From the NCBI GenBank assembly GCA_963743525.1, contig CAVUQH010000004.1, forward strand, positions 128,001 to 192,000: a stretch of 64,000 bases of DNA. Reading direction: 5' to 3'. The DNA comes from an uncultured delta proteobacterium. GTDB lineage: Bacteria; Myxococcota_A; Polyangia; Haliangiales; Haliangiaceae. Below the pieces are notes generated by a model. It saw only the letters and a list, made by a program, of their open reading frames with translations, was not told the DNA's origin and searched no databases. The position numbers were made by a program, and so were the translations under genes. The stretch's first letter is position 1, and the number at the start of each line of letters is the position of its first letter. Shown in pieces: positions 1-8,634 of this stretch.

Positions 1-2148
1 CTTCACCGCTACCTGTTCGAGGGCACGACGACCGACGCCCCCGACGACCTGTCCGGTGTCCAGATCCAGGCATTCCAGGAAAACCAGCCGCAGGGCACCT
101 TCACCAGCCTGCCCGGCACCGGGGACGCCGACGGCACCTTCCAGATCCCAAACGCGCCGCAGGAGACCCTGTGGATCCGCGTCGGCACCCGGTACTACCA
201 GACCGACCTGCGGCACCTCGAGCTGGTCACGGGCGAAGTGCGACGGCCGCAGATCGCGCTAGCGACGCAGAACACCCCATTGGCGCTCAACCTGAGCGAC
301 ATGACCCCGTGGCAGCAGAACGACCAGATCGAGATCAACAGCCCGGCCGGGGTATGGATCACACCGCTCGACGTGCCGGGCGGGACTGCTCCGATGCCGG
401 GAGTGACGACCTACTCGCTGGAGCACGACTACCGGGACTACGCGTCATTCGTGGGCGGCGAGCTGCCGATGCTCCAGGGTGAGCAGTTCTTCATCACCCA
501 GCTGGTCCAGCAGACCGACTCCACCGGCCTCGACTACAACGCGCTCGAACGCGTGGCAACGCCGACGCCGATCACCCAGACGGATGGCCAGCGCAGCGAA
601 GTGAACGCTGCCCTGACGGTGGCCGCGCGGATGGAGGATGTCAGCATCGACTGGCGCGGCGCCGACTTTGCCGCGGAGACGGCCGACATGTGTCCCGGAA
701 CCCCGCTGTTCGAGGGCTACAGTTTGAGCGTCTTCTCCGTGCCGTACGGCCTCGACCACGGCTTCACGTCCCTGTCAACGCCACTTCTCGTCAACGCCAC
801 TTTGCCCAGCACCAACGAGGTCCACGACTTTCATTACCGCAACCCGTTCCCCGCTGACTGGGGCACCGTGGTTTCCGGCTTCCACTACTGTGGCCTACAG
901 GGCACGTTTGGCTACGAGATCGCGATCCACACGCAGATCTCACCCGCCGCCGACGTCAGCGGCGCGTTCCAGCCGCGGATCGGTCCACCAACAGCTGTCC
1001 AGGTCAACGGCAACGACGCCAGCGCCGAGGTGCTGATCAGCGAAGGAACGCCCGAGGTCACCTGGACCGCGCCTGCACAGGGCAGCCCCGACATCTACAT
1101 CCTGTCGATCGACGATGTCAGCGAGGGATCGCGAGCCCGAGTTGCCTCGCTCTACGCTCACACCACGCGTGTCCGCGTGCCGCCGGACATCATGCTGCCG
1201 GGCCGAGCCTACGCGTTTCGCATCGCCGCCGCGATCAACATGGATCCCCTGGTCGCCGGCAACTCGCCCTATGACAACGCCTACACGCAGGCGGTGACCG
1301 GTTCCATCATCGTCGACCACCCGCCGGTGATTCAGGTGAACGCCAGCAATGGCGACGACACCAACTCGGGCACCGTCAACGCCCCGTTCAAGACCATCAC
1401 CCACGCGCTCTCGGTCGCGACCGTCGGCAATACGATCAACGTCGATCCCGGCACCTACGACGCGAGCAACGGAGAGACCTTCCCCCTGGTCGTGCCGACC
1501 GGCGTCACTCTGCAGAACACCGGCGGCCTCCCCGACAACACGATCATCCGTGGCGGCGTCGCCAGCGCCGATCCCAGCGTAACCGTCGAGGTCCAACAGC
1601 AAGCCAATCTCAGCGGATTCACCGTCGAAAACGATCAGGCCAGCAGCGGCACGACCATCGGAGTGCGGATCACCGGCAGCACGGCCGAGGTCCGCAACAA
1701 CATCATCACCGGCGTGATCACCGGCGGCACCTCCGACGGCATCGTCGTGGAAACCGGCGGGCAACAGATCCTCGCCGACAACGACATCAAGAACCACAAC
1801 GGCGGCGGCATCGTCTTCAACAGCGCGAGCAACCCGCGCGTCGAAAACAACCGAGTCACGGCCAACCAGGTGGGCGTGCGCTTCGCCTCGATCATCGGCG
1901 CAGACCTCGGCGGAGGCTCCGCGGGAAGCACGGGTGGCAACCAGATCTACTGCAACACCACCGCGGACATCTCCTACGAAGACGGCGTGAACGGGATCGA
2001 CGCGCAAAACAACCAGTGGGATCACTCGCCGCCGACGACGGCCACCGGATCGCCGACCGGCGGCATCGACATCGACTACGCCCAGGCGAGTCAGGACGGC
2101 ACCATCAACGCGGCCAACTCGTCACTGGTGGCGAGCCCGTGCCCATGA
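1..2148 (+). CDS. Secreted/surface protein, 5'-truncated: FN3-like region plus DUF1565-like right-handed beta-helix (pectin-lyase-like) C-terminus
   Basis: Frame open from base 1. 'VNASNGDDTNSGTVNAPFKTITHAL...PGTY...GETFPL' is a DUF1565-like start, followed by N/G/I-rich beta-helix turns. Confidence 0.75.
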   Translation, partial: LHRYLFEGTTTDAPDDLSGVQIQAFQENQPQGTFTSLPGTGDADGTFQIPNAPQETLWIRVGTRYYQTDLRHLELVTGEVRRPQIALATQNTPLALNLSDMTPWQQNDQIEINSPAGVWITPLDVPGGTAPMPGVTTYSLEHDYRDYASFVGGELPMLQGEQFFITQLVQQTDSTGLDYNALERVATPTPITQTDGQRSEVNAALTVAARMEDVSIDWRGADFAAETADMCPGTPLFEGYSLSVFSVPYGLDHGFTSLSTPLLVNATLPSTNEVHDFHYRNPFPADWGTVVSGFHYCGLQGTFGYEIAIHTQISPAADVSGAFQPRIGPPTAVQVNGNDASAEVLISEGTPEVTWTAPAQGSPDIYILSIDDVSEGSRARVASLYAHTTRVRVPPDIMLPGRAYAFRIAAAINMDPLVAGNSPYDNAYTQAVTGSIIVDHPPVIQVNASNGDDTNSGTVNAPFKTITHALSVATVGNTINVDPGTYDASNGETFPLVVPTGVTLQNTGGLPDNTIIRGGVASADPSVTVEVQQQANLSGFTVENDQASSGTTIGVRITGSTAEVRNNIITGVITGGTSDGIVVETGGQQILADNDIKNHNGGGIVFNSASNPRVENNRVTANQVGVRFASIIGADLGGGSAGSTGGNQIYCNTTADISYEDGVNGIDAQNNQWDHSPPTTATGSPTGGIDIDYAQASQDGTINAANSSLVASPCP

Positions 2149-2164
2149 TGCCCACCGCCGGGGG

Positions 2165-2785
2165 CTACGCCGCCGGCGGCACCAGCGCGTAGAGCAACCG
2201 GCGGAGCAGCGGCGCCAGCAGCTCGCGCTCGACGTGTGGCGTCGGGTTGGCCAGCTCGCCGATCTCCAGGCCGGTCAGCACCGCCAGCACCAGCGCGGCG
2301 TCGGCCTCGGGGTGGGGTGAGCCCAGCGCGGTCATGCCGGCGGTGAAGTAGTCCATCGCCTTGCGCTCCCAGCGGCGGTGGATGTCGCGCAGCTCCGACT
2401 GCCGGCTGGCCTCCAGATGCATCTCGAACTCGGACAGGACCCGCGCCGGTTCGGTGCGCAGGTTCTCGGCCAGCGCGTGGGCCCAGCCGGCGGCGGCGAC
2501 CTCCGGCGACATGCGCGGGGGCAGGATCGCCATCGCCTCGTCGAGCGCACGCATCCTGTCGGCGGTCAGCTGGCGAAACGCCTCGAGCAGTAGATCCAGC
2601 TTCGACGCAAAGTAGTAGGTGGTCGCGGCCAGCGGCACGCCGGCGTGCTCGGCCACGGCGCGGTGGGTGACGGCACCGACGCCGTCGCGGGCGACCACCT
2701 CGATGGCGGCATCGAGGATCGACCGGCGGCGCGCCCGCCCCCGGTCGGTGCGCGGATCTGCGCGAGATTGCTTGCCGGTTCCCAT
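2165..2785 (-). CDS. TetR-family transcriptional regulator
   Basis: 'RRRSILDAAIEVVARDGVGAVTHRAVAEHAGVPLAATTYYFASK' is a TetR HTH. ATG at 2785. Confidence 0.92.
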   Translation of the reverse strand: MGTGKQSRADPRTDRGRARRRSILDAAIEVVARDGVGAVTHRAVAEHAGVPLAATTYYFASKLDLLLEAFRQLTADRMRALDEAMAILPPRMSPEVAAAGWAHALAENLRTEPARVLSEFEMHLEASRQSELRDIHRRWERKAMDYFTAGMTALGSPHPEADAALVLAVLTGLEIGELANPTPHVERELLAPLLRRLLYALVPPAA

Positions 2786-2809
2786 CGCCGGCAGCAAGCC
2801 TCTCACATC

Positions 2810-2846
2810 TGGTACAGCCGTACCACTTTCTGGTACAAACGTACCA
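2810..2846. promoter_or_regulatory. Tandem palindromic operators TGGTAC-N4-GTACCA (2810-2825, 2831-2846), probable TetR sites
   Basis: Two perfect inverted repeats 21 bp apart in the 84-bp gap between divergent tetR and monooxygenase genes. Confidence 0.8.
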
Positions 2847-2869
2847 GTTGCCGTCGTCCGAGGAACCCC

Positions 2870-4036
2870 ATGCTCAAACCGATCGCGCTCACCATCCTGC
2901 TGCTCGGCGCCTGCGCTGCGCCCGCCGAAACGCCGCCCGACGCCAACCCCGGGTCGCCGGACTTCCCCGCGCCACCGGACGGCGAGGGAATCCAGCTGTA
3001 TGCGTCGGCGACCATCGCCCCCGGCCACGAGGAGATCGACTGCCGCTACGTGGTGCTGCCGGATAAGCCGCTGGAGATCGCCCGCTTCGAACACCACTAC
3101 ACCCCGGGCTCGCACCACATGCTGCTCTACCCCACCAGCCTGACCCCCGACCAGGTCAACGACGGCGTCACCTTCGACTGCACCGACCGCGGCGACCTGC
3201 ACCAGACCGGCGTCGCCTACGGCGGCGCCGAGCCCGACGGCGAGCTCGCCTACCCCGACGGAATTGGCATGCGCCTGCCCGCGCATTCGGTGATGTTGCT
3301 CGAGACCCACTACCTCAACGCCACCAACGAGCCGCTCGACGCCGAGCTGCGGATCAACCTGTGGTATGCGACCAGCCCGATCGAGGTCGAGGCCGGCACC
3401 CTGTTCTTCTACGACTGGCACATCCTGCTGCCACCGGCCCCGGGCACGGCGTCGGCGACCATGCGCTGTCACCTGCCGCAGGACATCAATCTGCTCTACG
3501 CGACCTCGCACATGCACCGCCGCGGCGTCGGCTTCGATTCGCAGCTCCTGCGCGACGGCGCCGATCCGATTCCGCTGCACCAGTCGGACGACTGGGCGGC
3601 ACCGACGCCGTCGGTCTTCTGGCCGCCGCTCCAGCTCGCCGCCGGCGACACCGTCGAGTTCCGCTGCGACTACCGCAACGACCTGCCCAACCCGGTGGTC
3701 GAGGGCGAGTCCGCCGACAGCAACGAGATGTGCATCTTCATCGGCGGCTACTGGCCCAAGATGCCGGCCGACGACGAGCTGTGCCTGGCCGACGGAGACG
3801 CACCGGTGCTGTCAGGCAGTCACACCTGCCAGCAGAGCGTCAATTGCATGCTCGACGCCGGCGTCGGCAACTGGGCCGGCGGCCAACAGTGCGTCGCCGA
3901 CACCTGCGCCGCCTCGGCCGACGCGCTGTCCCGCTTCGTGGTCTGCGTCAACCGATACGACTGCTGGGGCGATCAGAGCTGCGTCGCCTTCAACTGCTCG
4001 GACGCCTGGTCCGCCTGCGTTAACGCAGGCTGCTGA
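2870..4036 (+). CDS. Lipoprotein, copper type II ascorbate-dependent monooxygenase-like (PHM/DBH fold), Cys-rich C-terminal domain
   Basis: Lipobox LLGAC. Cu-ligand motifs SHHM, THYLN, SHMH, NEMC. Confidence 0.8.
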   Translation: MLKPIALTILLLGACAAPAETPPDANPGSPDFPAPPDGEGIQLYASATIAPGHEEIDCRYVVLPDKPLEIARFEHHYTPGSHHMLLYPTSLTPDQVNDGVTFDCTDRGDLHQTGVAYGGAEPDGELAYPDGIGMRLPAHSVMLLETHYLNATNEPLDAELRINLWYATSPIEVEAGTLFFYDWHILLPPAPGTASATMRCHLPQDINLLYATSHMHRRGVGFDSQLLRDGADPIPLHQSDDWAAPTPSVFWPPLQLAAGDTVEFRCDYRNDLPNPVVEGESADSNEMCIFIGGYWPKMPADDELCLADGDAPVLSGSHTCQQSVNCMLDAGVGNWAGGQQCVADTCAASADALSRFVVCVNRYDCWGDQSCVAFNCSDAWSACVNAGC

Positions 4037-4042
4037 CGCAGG

Positions 4043-4261
4043 CTAGTCGTCGTGGCCATGGCCATGGTGGCGCTCGCCGTCGTGCTTGCGCGCACCCTTG
4101 CCCTTGCCCTTGTGCTTGCACTTGTGGCCATCCCAGTACTGGCTGGGATGACAGCGGTGCCTGACCTCGTGGCGGCTGTGACCCGGCCTGGTGTGTACGA
4201 TGCACCCGGCGAGGGTGGCGGCGAGGAAGGCGGCGGAAGCGATGGCTGCAAGTCGTCGCAT
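4043..4261 (-). CDS. Small His/Lys-rich lipoprotein (72 aa)
   Basis: Signal with LAGC lipobox, a Cys pair, and HHGHGHDD tail. Sigma54-like motif just upstream. Confidence 0.65.
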   Translation of the reverse strand: MRRLAAIASAAFLAATLAGCIVHTRPGHSRHEVRHRCHPSQYWDGHKCKHKGKGKGARKHDGERHHGHGHDD

Positions 4262-4275
4262 GACGTCAGGCTAAC

Positions 4276-4291
4276 CGCAACACCCGCGCCA
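4276..4291 (-). promoter_or_regulatory. Sigma54-type -24/-12 motif TGGCGCGGGTGTTGCG
   Basis: GG-N10-GC spacing directly upstream of ATG 4261. Confidence 0.5.
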
Positions 4292-4486
4292 ACTGAAGCC
4301 CGCGGGCCAACAGTCCGGAATCAGTAGCGCGTACACCGCCGCGCGGTAACAGCTCGGCTCTGGTGGAACCGCTCGGCTCCCCCAGCGATGTGCGCGCTAG
4401 GGCGTCGCGCACCTGCATCCACATACAGTCGTTGACACCTCTCCCGGTGCAGCCCTACCGTTGCGCACGCCGGGCCGAGGGAATCG

Positions 4487-5473
4487 ATGCGCAAACACGC
4501 ACTGCTTGCAATCACAGTCGCGCTGTCCGGCTGCGGAAGCGCCGATGCGCCCGGGACCAGCGCCAGCACCGATGCATCGACCGCGCCGGACGGAAACGCC
4601 GCCGCCATCGATGCCGCACCGACGCCGACCGCCCGCTGCGAAGGGCTGACCGTGCAGGACGCGGATCGCTTGTGGACCTTGTCGGTCGGCGACCGCGACC
4701 GGGCCTTCTGGGTGCACGTGCCGCCGTCGTACGATCCGAACGCCCCGACCCCGGTGGTCCTCGACTTCCACGGCTACTCGTCCAACGCCACGCAGCAGGC
4801 GCTGTGGTCGGGGATGAACACGGCCAGCGACGCGGACGGCTTCATCGCCGTCCACCCCGAGGGAATCGGCGTCACCCAGAGCTGGAACGCGGGTGCCTGT
4901 TGCGGCGAGGCGGCGGCCTCGGGGGTCGACGACGTCGCCTTCGTGTCGGCCATGCTCGACGCGCTGGCGCGCGAGCTGTGCGTCGATTCGGCCCGCGTCT
5001 TTGCCACCGGGATGTCCAACGGCGGCTTCCTGTCCCATCGGCTGGGCTGCGAGCTGTCGGATCGAATCGCCGCCATCGCGCCGGTCGCCGGCGTCATGGG
5101 CATCCCCAGCTGCACGCCGTCGCGCCCGGTGCCGGTCATGCACTTCCACGGCACCCTCGACACGCTGGTGCCGTTCGACGGCGACACCGCCAATGGCTTT
5201 CCCTCCGTGCAGGACACCATCGACGGCTGGGTGGCGCGCGACGGCTGCAGCGGCGATCCGGAGACGGTGTTCGACCAGGGCGACGCCCACTGTGACTCGT
5301 GGAACAACTGCGACCAGGGCTCCGAGGTGGTCTTGTGCGTGATCGACGGCGGCGGCCACACCTGGCCGGGTGGCGTTCCCGTGCCGTCGCTGGGCAAGAC
5401 CTCCACCGACATCTCCGCGACCGACGCCGCGTGGCAGTTCTTCACCCGCCACCCGATGCCCGAAAGCCGCTGA
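4487..5473 (+). CDS. PHB depolymerase/LpqC-like alpha/beta esterase lipoprotein
   Basis: LSGC lipobox, DFHG, WNAGACCG, GMSNGG nucleophile, HGTLD, GGGHTWPG. Confidence 0.9.
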   Translation: MRKHALLAITVALSGCGSADAPGTSASTDASTAPDGNAAAIDAAPTPTARCEGLTVQDADRLWTLSVGDRDRAFWVHVPPSYDPNAPTPVVLDFHGYSSNATQQALWSGMNTASDADGFIAVHPEGIGVTQSWNAGACCGEAAASGVDDVAFVSAMLDALARELCVDSARVFATGMSNGGFLSHRLGCELSDRIAAIAPVAGVMGIPSCTPSRPVPVMHFHGTLDTLVPFDGDTANGFPSVQDTIDGWVARDGCSGDPETVFDQGDAHCDSWNNCDQGSEVVLCVIDGGGHTWPGGVPVPSLGKTSTDISATDAAWQFFTRHPMPESR

Positions 5474-5491
5474 AGGCAAACGTCGATCGGC

Positions 5492-6454
5492 GTGATATCC
5501 TCTCGGTCTGTCGTGACGAGGATCGCCATCACACTGTCAATGCTGCTCGCAGTCGGCTGTGGGCACGACCTGGGCAGCGGCAACGACTCGCGGGACGGCG
5601 GCGGCGGCGGCACCGATGGCGGTGGCGGCGGCGGTGGCGCAGACGCCCACGACTCGGCGCCGCAGTACGCAGAGCTGTGGTACTCGGCCGACACCTACCT
5701 GGTGTACATCCCGCTCGACGTCGCCACCGGCGCGGCCAAGCCGTTCGTTCCCAGCACGATCATCGGCGATTTGCCGCTGGGCCAGAACGCCATCACCATG
5801 ATGGACGACGGCTCACTGATCGGCGCCCGCCTGAGCCAGGCCGACAACCAGACCTACTTCTACCGCATCGCCAATCCGCCGCGGGACGGCAGCGCGGTAA
5901 CGCCGGTGCCGCTCGGCGTGATGCCCGACGGCATCATGCTCGAGGGACTGTACACCGACTGTGATGGCCGGCTGTACGGCATGGATACCGGGGTCAACGA
6001 CAGCAGCGCCGACGGCAACCGGTTGATCCGCTTCACCGGCAACGTCCTCGCCGGCGACTTCTCGTACATCGTCATCAGCGACCTGGCCACCGCCGACGTC
6101 GCCGACATCGACGACATGGGTCCGGGCATCGACAACAACGAGATCACCGACAACCCGGGGCTGGCCATCGACACCGGCACCGTCTACAACTTCAACTACG
6201 AGACCGGCTCGGGCACGATGGCCGGCACCGGTGGCACCTGGGGCATCCACGCGCTGGGCAAGGATCTGTTCACCGACCAGGTCGCCCGTCTCTACGTGCT
6301 GACCAAAGACGCCGAGCTGTACGAGATGGATCCGACGACCTATCAACTGTCGGGCATCCTCGGCACCGGCCCGACGACCGCGCAGGGCAACGCCGGCTGG
6401 TCGGGTCTGGCCGGGCCGCTCACCGACTGCGACAGCGGCTTCACCATCCCGTAG
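5492..6454 (+). CDS. Lipoprotein of unknown function, probable beta-propeller
   Basis: AVGC lipobox, Gly linker, repeated beta-rich segments. Start uncertain (5492 or 5539). Confidence 0.7.
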   Translation: MISSRSVVTRIAITLSMLLAVGCGHDLGSGNDSRDGGGGGTDGGGGGGGADAHDSAPQYAELWYSADTYLVYIPLDVATGAAKPFVPSTIIGDLPLGQNAITMMDDGSLIGARLSQADNQTYFYRIANPPRDGSAVTPVPLGVMPDGIMLEGLYTDCDGRLYGMDTGVNDSSADGNRLIRFTGNVLAGDFSYIVISDLATADVADIDDMGPGIDNNEITDNPGLAIDTGTVYNFNYETGSGTMAGTGGTWGIHALGKDLFTDQVARLYVLTKDAELYEMDPTTYQLSGILGTGPTTAQGNAGWSGLAGPLTDCDSGFTIP

Positions 6455-6571
6455 CGCCTGGACTCGTTCGTGCCCTGGCCTGCAGGTCCACCGCCGTCGT
6501 CGCGGCCGCTGGCGACGACCGGCTTGTGACCCGGCGCCGGTGCTGCGTACGATGGATCGACGGGTTCATCG

Positions 6572-7930
6572 ATGACTGACGTCCTCACCGCCCTCGACAA
6601 TCTCTACCTGCAGCTCGAAACCGCGACGACGCCGATGCACGTCGGCGGACTGCTGGTGTTCGACGGCAACGGTGCCGGTCCGGAGGAGCAACTCGAGACG
6701 ATGATGGCAGCCCCGGTCGGCGCCGAGCCGTTCGACCGCCGGCTCGCCCGCGGGCGCCTGGGGCTGCCGCGGTGGGAACAGGTCCCGCAGGTCAACCTGG
6801 CCGAGCACGTGACCGTCCACGACGTGCCCGGACCGGGTGACGACGAGCAGCTGATGACCCTGGTGTCGGAGCTGCACACGATTCCCATCTCGCGCGACCG
6901 GCCGCTGTGGGAGTGCCGGCTGATCCGTGGGCTGTCGAACGACCGCTTCGCCCTGTTCTTCAAGATCCATCACTCCTGTCTCGACGGCGTCGCCGGCATC
7001 CGCCGGATCCAGCGAGCGCTCAGCGCGCGCGCTGACGAACGGACGCCGCCGGTGTGGGCGGTCGAGCAGCGCCGCGAACCGCGCCCGACCCCGTCGAGCC
7101 CACCGCCGTCGATCCTGCGTGCGCTGCGCGGCAAGGCGCTGATGGTGCCGGAGCTGGCGCGGGCCATGGCCAGCGTCGGGCTCGGCGCTGCCCGTCGCGA
7201 CCACCACCGCTCCGCGCCGCCCTACCTCTGTCCCAACACGCCGCTCAACCCGATGGTCAGCGGCGAGCGCAGCGTCGCCTGGCACAGCCTGCCGCTGTCC
7301 GGTGTGAAGGCGATCGGCGCCGCCGCCAACGCCACCGTCAACGACGTGGCGCTGGCGATCTGCTCGACGGTGGTGCGCGAGCGGTTGATCGAGATGAACG
7401 CCCTGCCCGACCGGCCGCTGGTCGCCATGGTGCCGTTCTCGCTCCACCGCGAAGGCTCGGCCGGGGGCAACGAGACCAGCTGCATCCTGTGCAACCTGGC
7501 CACCCACGAGGACGACCCGGTCCAGCGGCTGCAGATCATCAGCGCCTCGGCCGCCGACGGCAAGAAGATGCTCCGCGCCATGTCGCCGGACGCCGCAGCC
7601 ACCTACTGGATGGCCATCGGCTTGCCGGCGATCGCCGCGCAGATGGCCGGCCTGTCGGCCCATGCCCCGCTGCCGTTCAACGTCGTCGTGTCCAATGTGC
7701 CCGGCCCGAGCGAGTCGCTCTATCACAACGGCGCCCAGCTGCAGGCGATCTACCCGGCATCGCTGCTGTTCGAGCGCCAGGCGCTCAACATCACGCTGAT
7801 CAGCTACCGCGATCGCATCGACTTCGGCCTGCTGGCCTGCCGCCGGACCATCCCCGACCTGCCGCACATGGCCCGGCGCATCGGCGCCGCCTACGACCAA
7901 CTGGCCGCCGCGCTGCTGCCCGGCGGCTAG
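6572..7930 (+). CDS. Wax ester synthase/diacylglycerol acyltransferase (WS/DGAT)
   Basis: PMHVGGL, RPLWE, catalytic HHSCLDG, TVNDV, NVVVSNVPGP. Confidence 0.93.
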   Translation: MTDVLTALDNLYLQLETATTPMHVGGLLVFDGNGAGPEEQLETMMAAPVGAEPFDRRLARGRLGLPRWEQVPQVNLAEHVTVHDVPGPGDDEQLMTLVSELHTIPISRDRPLWECRLIRGLSNDRFALFFKIHHSCLDGVAGIRRIQRALSARADERTPPVWAVEQRREPRPTPSSPPPSILRALRGKALMVPELARAMASVGLGAARRDHHRSAPPYLCPNTPLNPMVSGERSVAWHSLPLSGVKAIGAAANATVNDVALAICSTVVRERLIEMNALPDRPLVAMVPFSLHREGSAGGNETSCILCNLATHEDDPVQRLQIISASAADGKKMLRAMSPDAAATYWMAIGLPAIAAQMAGLSAHAPLPFNVVVSNVPGPSESLYHNGAQLQAIYPASLLFERQALNITLISYRDRIDFGLLACRRTIPDLPHMARRIGAAYDQLAAALLPGG

Positions 7931-7940
7931 CGCGCGGAGT

Positions 7941-8630
7941 ATGCTACGGCCCATGGCCGACCAGGCGAGGGCCGCACATCCGACCCGCATGTTCTGGCAC
8001 CCGGGGTACGCGATCGGCAGGCTGCTCTGGTGCGTGGCGGCCGGCGTGGCGGTGATGCTGCCGATCCCGCACCGTTTTGCCTGGCGGGTCCGCTCGGTCG
8101 CCGGCTGGGACGTCTGCGTGCTGCTGCTGTTGTCGATCGACTGGTGGCGGATCCTCCGCGCCACGCCGCAGATCACCGCCCGGCGCGCCGCCTCCGAAGA
8201 CGTCGGCCGCTTCTTCGTCTGGATCATCACCATGGGCGCCGGGTTGTTCAGCCTGTTCTCGGCGGTCATCGTGCTCAAGCGATCGCAGGCATTCCCGCCG
8301 CTCGAGCAGGAAGTGTGGAGCATCCTGGCGCTGCTGGGCGTACTGCTGGCCTGGGGTCTCACCCACACCGCATACGCGCTGCGCTATGCCCACCTGCACT
8401 ACGGCTCGGCGCACATCGGCGGCTTCGACTTCAAAGGCGACGATCCGCCCGCCGAGGTCGACTTCGCCTACCTGGCGTTCACCATCGGCATGACCTTCGC
8501 GGTCTCCGACGTCAACGTGACCTGCACCCGAACCCGCCGCGCGGTGCTGTTCCACTCGGTGGTCGCGTTCATCTACAACATGACCATCCTGGCCCTGGCG
8601 ATCCAGTTGGCCTTCGACTGGCTGGGGTGA
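7941..8630 (+). CDS. DUF1345-family membrane protein
   Basis: Multiple TM helices; 'YALRYAHLHY...DFAYLAFTIGMTFAVSD...HSVVAFIYN'. Confidence 0.85.
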   Translation: MLRPMADQARAAHPTRMFWHPGYAIGRLLWCVAAGVAVMLPIPHRFAWRVRSVAGWDVCVLLLLSIDWWRILRATPQITARRAASEDVGRFFVWIITMGAGLFSLFSAVIVLKRSQAFPPLEQEVWSILALLGVLLAWGLTHTAYALRYAHLHYGSAHIGGFDFKGDDPPAEVDFAYLAFTIGMTFAVSDVNVTCTRTRRAVLFHSVVAFIYNMTILALAIQLAFDWLG

Positions 8631-8634
8631 GCCG

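Noticed and set aside
2165..3580. Long N-terminal extensions in the ORF track (e.g. 471-aa TetR; 31864-34314; 51876-54374; 46782-48854)
   Set aside because: These are stop-poor shadow frames of neighbouring genes in high-GC DNA; the recognisable domains begin at internal starts.
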